Shown here in pieces: positions 61,177 through 64,000 of a stretch of DNA of 64,000 bases (position 1 is the first letter of the stretch; the number at the start of each line of letters is the position of its first letter). The position numbers and the translations under genes were made by a program. The notes under the pieces were generated by a model. The model was given only the letters and a program-made list of their open reading frames with translations. It ran no database searches and was not told the origin of the DNA. The DNA comes from Felis catus. Taxonomy: Eukaryota. The stretch spans positions 110,362,001 to 110,426,000 of the forward strand of contig NC_058368.1 in NCBI RefSeq assembly GCF_018350175.1, given 5' to 3'.

Positions 61177-63339
61177 TTCTAGGAGCATTTCTTTCAGTTG
61201 TGGGGTTTAACATATTTTAGCATTGTGTGCTCTGGAAATAATGAAGGGATAGATTCAAGAGGGCCAGGGAAGTCAGCTCCAAATAGAGCTCCTTGTGCAG
61301 GAAGAGTGTCCCAGATGAATAATGCACTTTCGGCTTCAAAAAAAGTTTGAAGGGATTCAATTTGTAAAACCAATCAGACTTCAAATATTGAAAATAAAGC
61401 CAGTTTGAACAATTCTTTCTCTTACTCCCAGCCTTTGCTGAATGAAATTAAGAAAGGCATATCACCACTTCACATGCAAGATAAAGCACTGTTTCATATA
61501 AAAGCGGTTCCATTTTTTTTCAAAGCCTGGAGCTGCCAGTGTTAATGTTTGAATTATTACCGAGCTGCAAATGGGAGCCAGCGGCCTGTCGGTGTGTTAA
61601 CTATACACTCCAAAGCCGGGTGGCAGGTGGGGGACCATAGCTTTATCCTCAATCATGTTTTCACATTATATAAACCACATCCCACATCCAGCACTAACTA
61701 TGCCCCAGACAAAGAGAAGATACAGGGACCCACAGAGCCATCAACTTTCAGAATGACAGAGAATGAAAGGGAAGAGTTCCAATGGGCAGCAAACTTGGCA
61801 ACCACAAAAAGCATTTTAATGACTATAAAGAGTTTAAGCTTGACCCTCGTGGAAGCTGAAATAGAGATGGCTACTCCCTCAGGGGTTAAGAAATTGTGGC
61901 AGACAGATTGGAACGTTAGTTTAAAGTGAATAAAAGCCACCGTGACCTCCTCTTCTGTGCCTGGAGCAGTGGTCTTGCTGGGGTAAGTGTATCCCCATCG
62001 TCCAGAGGAGAAAGTCGTTCCCATTTTACCCAGCTCCCTACCGGACAGACCTGGGCAGCAGTCACCCAGGGCTGTGGGATAAGGGTAGCTGTAAAGGGAC
62101 AGTCTGGTGGATGCTCTCTTGAAGAGCCCAGGGACCAGGAGAGGCTGTCCTACGAGGTGGAGGCAGGAGGAGGAGGCCTCGCTGGGGCCAGAGAGGTGAA
62201 GACCAGCCAACACCTTAGCTTCTGAGGCCAGGAAGAAAACTGCATGGCAGGACATAAACTTCTTCCCCAAATCAGGCCCTGGAACCATTCCACACTAGTT
62301 TTAAAAGGGCAGGTGCATCCTGCTGAAATAAACCCTTGGAACACAGCACCTACGAGACAGTGAGGAGCCTGCAGACAGGAAGAGGCTGAAGTGGTGGTTA
62401 GAGGATTCCAAGACAGCATTAGGGGAACCAAAAGGACGGGACAGGTACAGGCCTGAGGGAACCCAGTGCCACCCCCGGAAACCCCTGGAAATCGGGAACT
62501 AAGGGTCTGGCCGGAAAAGCATGAGAAAAGAGGAGCGTCGGTAACCCACAGGCAGGTTTTGCTGGCCCTTCGTGCACACAAAGGAAGAGCGGGAAGGGGA
62601 AGAGGCCCGAGGTGAGGATGGCAGGTTCCACAGCTCTTGGGGGTTCTGTCCACAGCCTGGATGTGGGTGCAGAGGGGGCCTGCAGAGGAGAGGGCTTTCC
62701 GGACTGGCAAAGGGAGCCTCACCATTCGCTCAACAGACTGGTATTGTTCCAAGCCTGGCAGAGCCACGTGAGATAGAAGAATGGATAAGAAGGACTCCTC
62801 TCCAGCACTTAGCAGATCATAAGTGTTCAGCAAACAACTGCTGCAGAGCCAAATGGCCCTCGTTGCTCAAGGATCTCAGGATGAGAGCCAATGGAAGCAA
62901 AATTCTCCCAGATGCAGGTTCAGAGCCCCCGGGTGTCCTAGCCAGAGCCGGAAAGGCTAGGATGCCTGGGGATCCAGACACCTTCAATCAGGACACCTTC
63001 CCAGAAGAGACGCAGAATGCCATGTGATTTGGGGCTGAGGTAAGTAAGCTACCCCCAACTGTATCACTGGAAGCAGCCCCTCGTGCTCCCCTAGAAGAAA
63101 GACACCTCTAGACAGTGGGGGACAGGATTGAGAAGATGCAACAAAAAAGAGGTCCTTTTCCTTGAAGGAAAACTCCTTTGTGAAAGAGAACTGGAAACAG
63201 CCTACAAGACATACCACTGTCCTTGATGAGGTCATCTTCCTCTTAGGAGGTGCAACATGGTAAATAGTGACTGAGAGACGGGATGGTCTGCAACCAGACT
63301 GAACCAGTGAGAAAGGAAGAAACAAAAAAAGTGGTTTAA

Positions 63340-63800
63340 GTATCACATAGGGTTTTTTAGCTATAAGCAATTCCTATCAGGAGGCAGCAAGCAAGGAAGG
63401 AAGGGAATAAGAGAGAGGAAGAGAAAAGAAAGAAGAGAAAAGACGAGGAAAGGCTTTGAGGAAATAGAAAAGATAAAAAAGAAAGAGGCATTTATCAGAA
63501 GGATAAAGGGAAGCTCAGAGAATCCAAGATCCTGGGAAGGACAGGAATCCAGTCGGCCTCGGTGGTGTCCTGGGTAGCATGAGCTCCTGGGCTACCTCCT
63601 TAGGGCACGATGCCAACAACTCCACTCGGGATTCAACGTCCATGGGAGAGCGTCCACACATGTGCCCGCTGTGCCTAGTGCTATGAGCAACAAACCCTGA
63701 AATCAGGTAGAGGAAGCTCCCCCAAATACAAGAGGGGTGCTTACCAAATGAGCAAAGGAGATGCCAAGTGCCTGAAATAAAAGAGGCCATTGCCTACAAT
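63340..63800. mobile_element. Possible very old MLT1 LTR with a purine-rich insert
   Basis: agggttttttagctataagcaa start and cccccaaatacaagaggggtgcttaccaaa..cctaca end. Confidence 0.35.
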
Positions 63801-63844
63801 CACTCAGCTGCCTAGCACATGCACTTGTAGATTCAGGAACACTG

Positions 63845-63846
<2 letters not shown>

Positions 63847-63894
<48 letters not shown>

Positions 63895-63898
63895 ACAC
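63847..63898. repeat. (CA)n microsatellite
   Basis: Directly visible. Confidence 0.98.
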
Positions 63899-63904
63899 TG
63901 TCCA

Positions 63905-64000
63905 GACAGTCATACAACATTGGGCTTTGAAGCCAAGCCATCAGTTTGAATCCTGGCTTGACCAATGTATGACTGTGGCAGAGATATTTAAACTTTCTGT
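63905..64000 (+). mobile_element. MIR (runs off the window)
   Basis: gggctttgaagccaagcc..tttgaatcctggctt..gactgtggcagagatatttaaactttctgt. Confidence 0.7.

Noticed and set aside
61549..62833. Overlapping ORFs of 126, 196 and 227 aa
   Set aside because: No recognisable homology or exon structure; open frames on both strands are expected at this GC content.

Overview
Mammalian, almost certainly felid (cat-family), non-coding genomic DNA from a large intron or gene desert. The taxon call rests on 12 tRNA-derived carnivore SINEs (Can-SINE/SINEC), including one near-consensus young cat-type copy, and a carnivore-type L1 3' end. The rest of the repeat content is old mammalian-wide: L2, MIR, L1M, MLT1/MaLR, a MER77-like LTR, MER5A and an ERV-L integrase/dUTPase remnant with its 3' LTR. 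I recognise no host protein-coding gene, rRNA, true tRNA or CRISPR array. Nearly all ORFs in the track look like chance frames or decayed transposon frames. The most noteworthy signals are: (i) a 27-bp fully paired L2/L2 hairpin of pre-miRNA size at 581-655; (ii) several repeat-free blocks dense in POU, PBX-HOX, MEIS and TAAT motifs that look like developmental enhancers; (iii) weak hints of a minus-strand transcription unit (a 141-nt exon candidate and a SINE orientation bias); and (iv) some informative retrotransposon junctions. I did not find a clearly novel biological system. Repeat subfamily names come from remembered consensus sequences, and the boundaries of old repeats are approximate.
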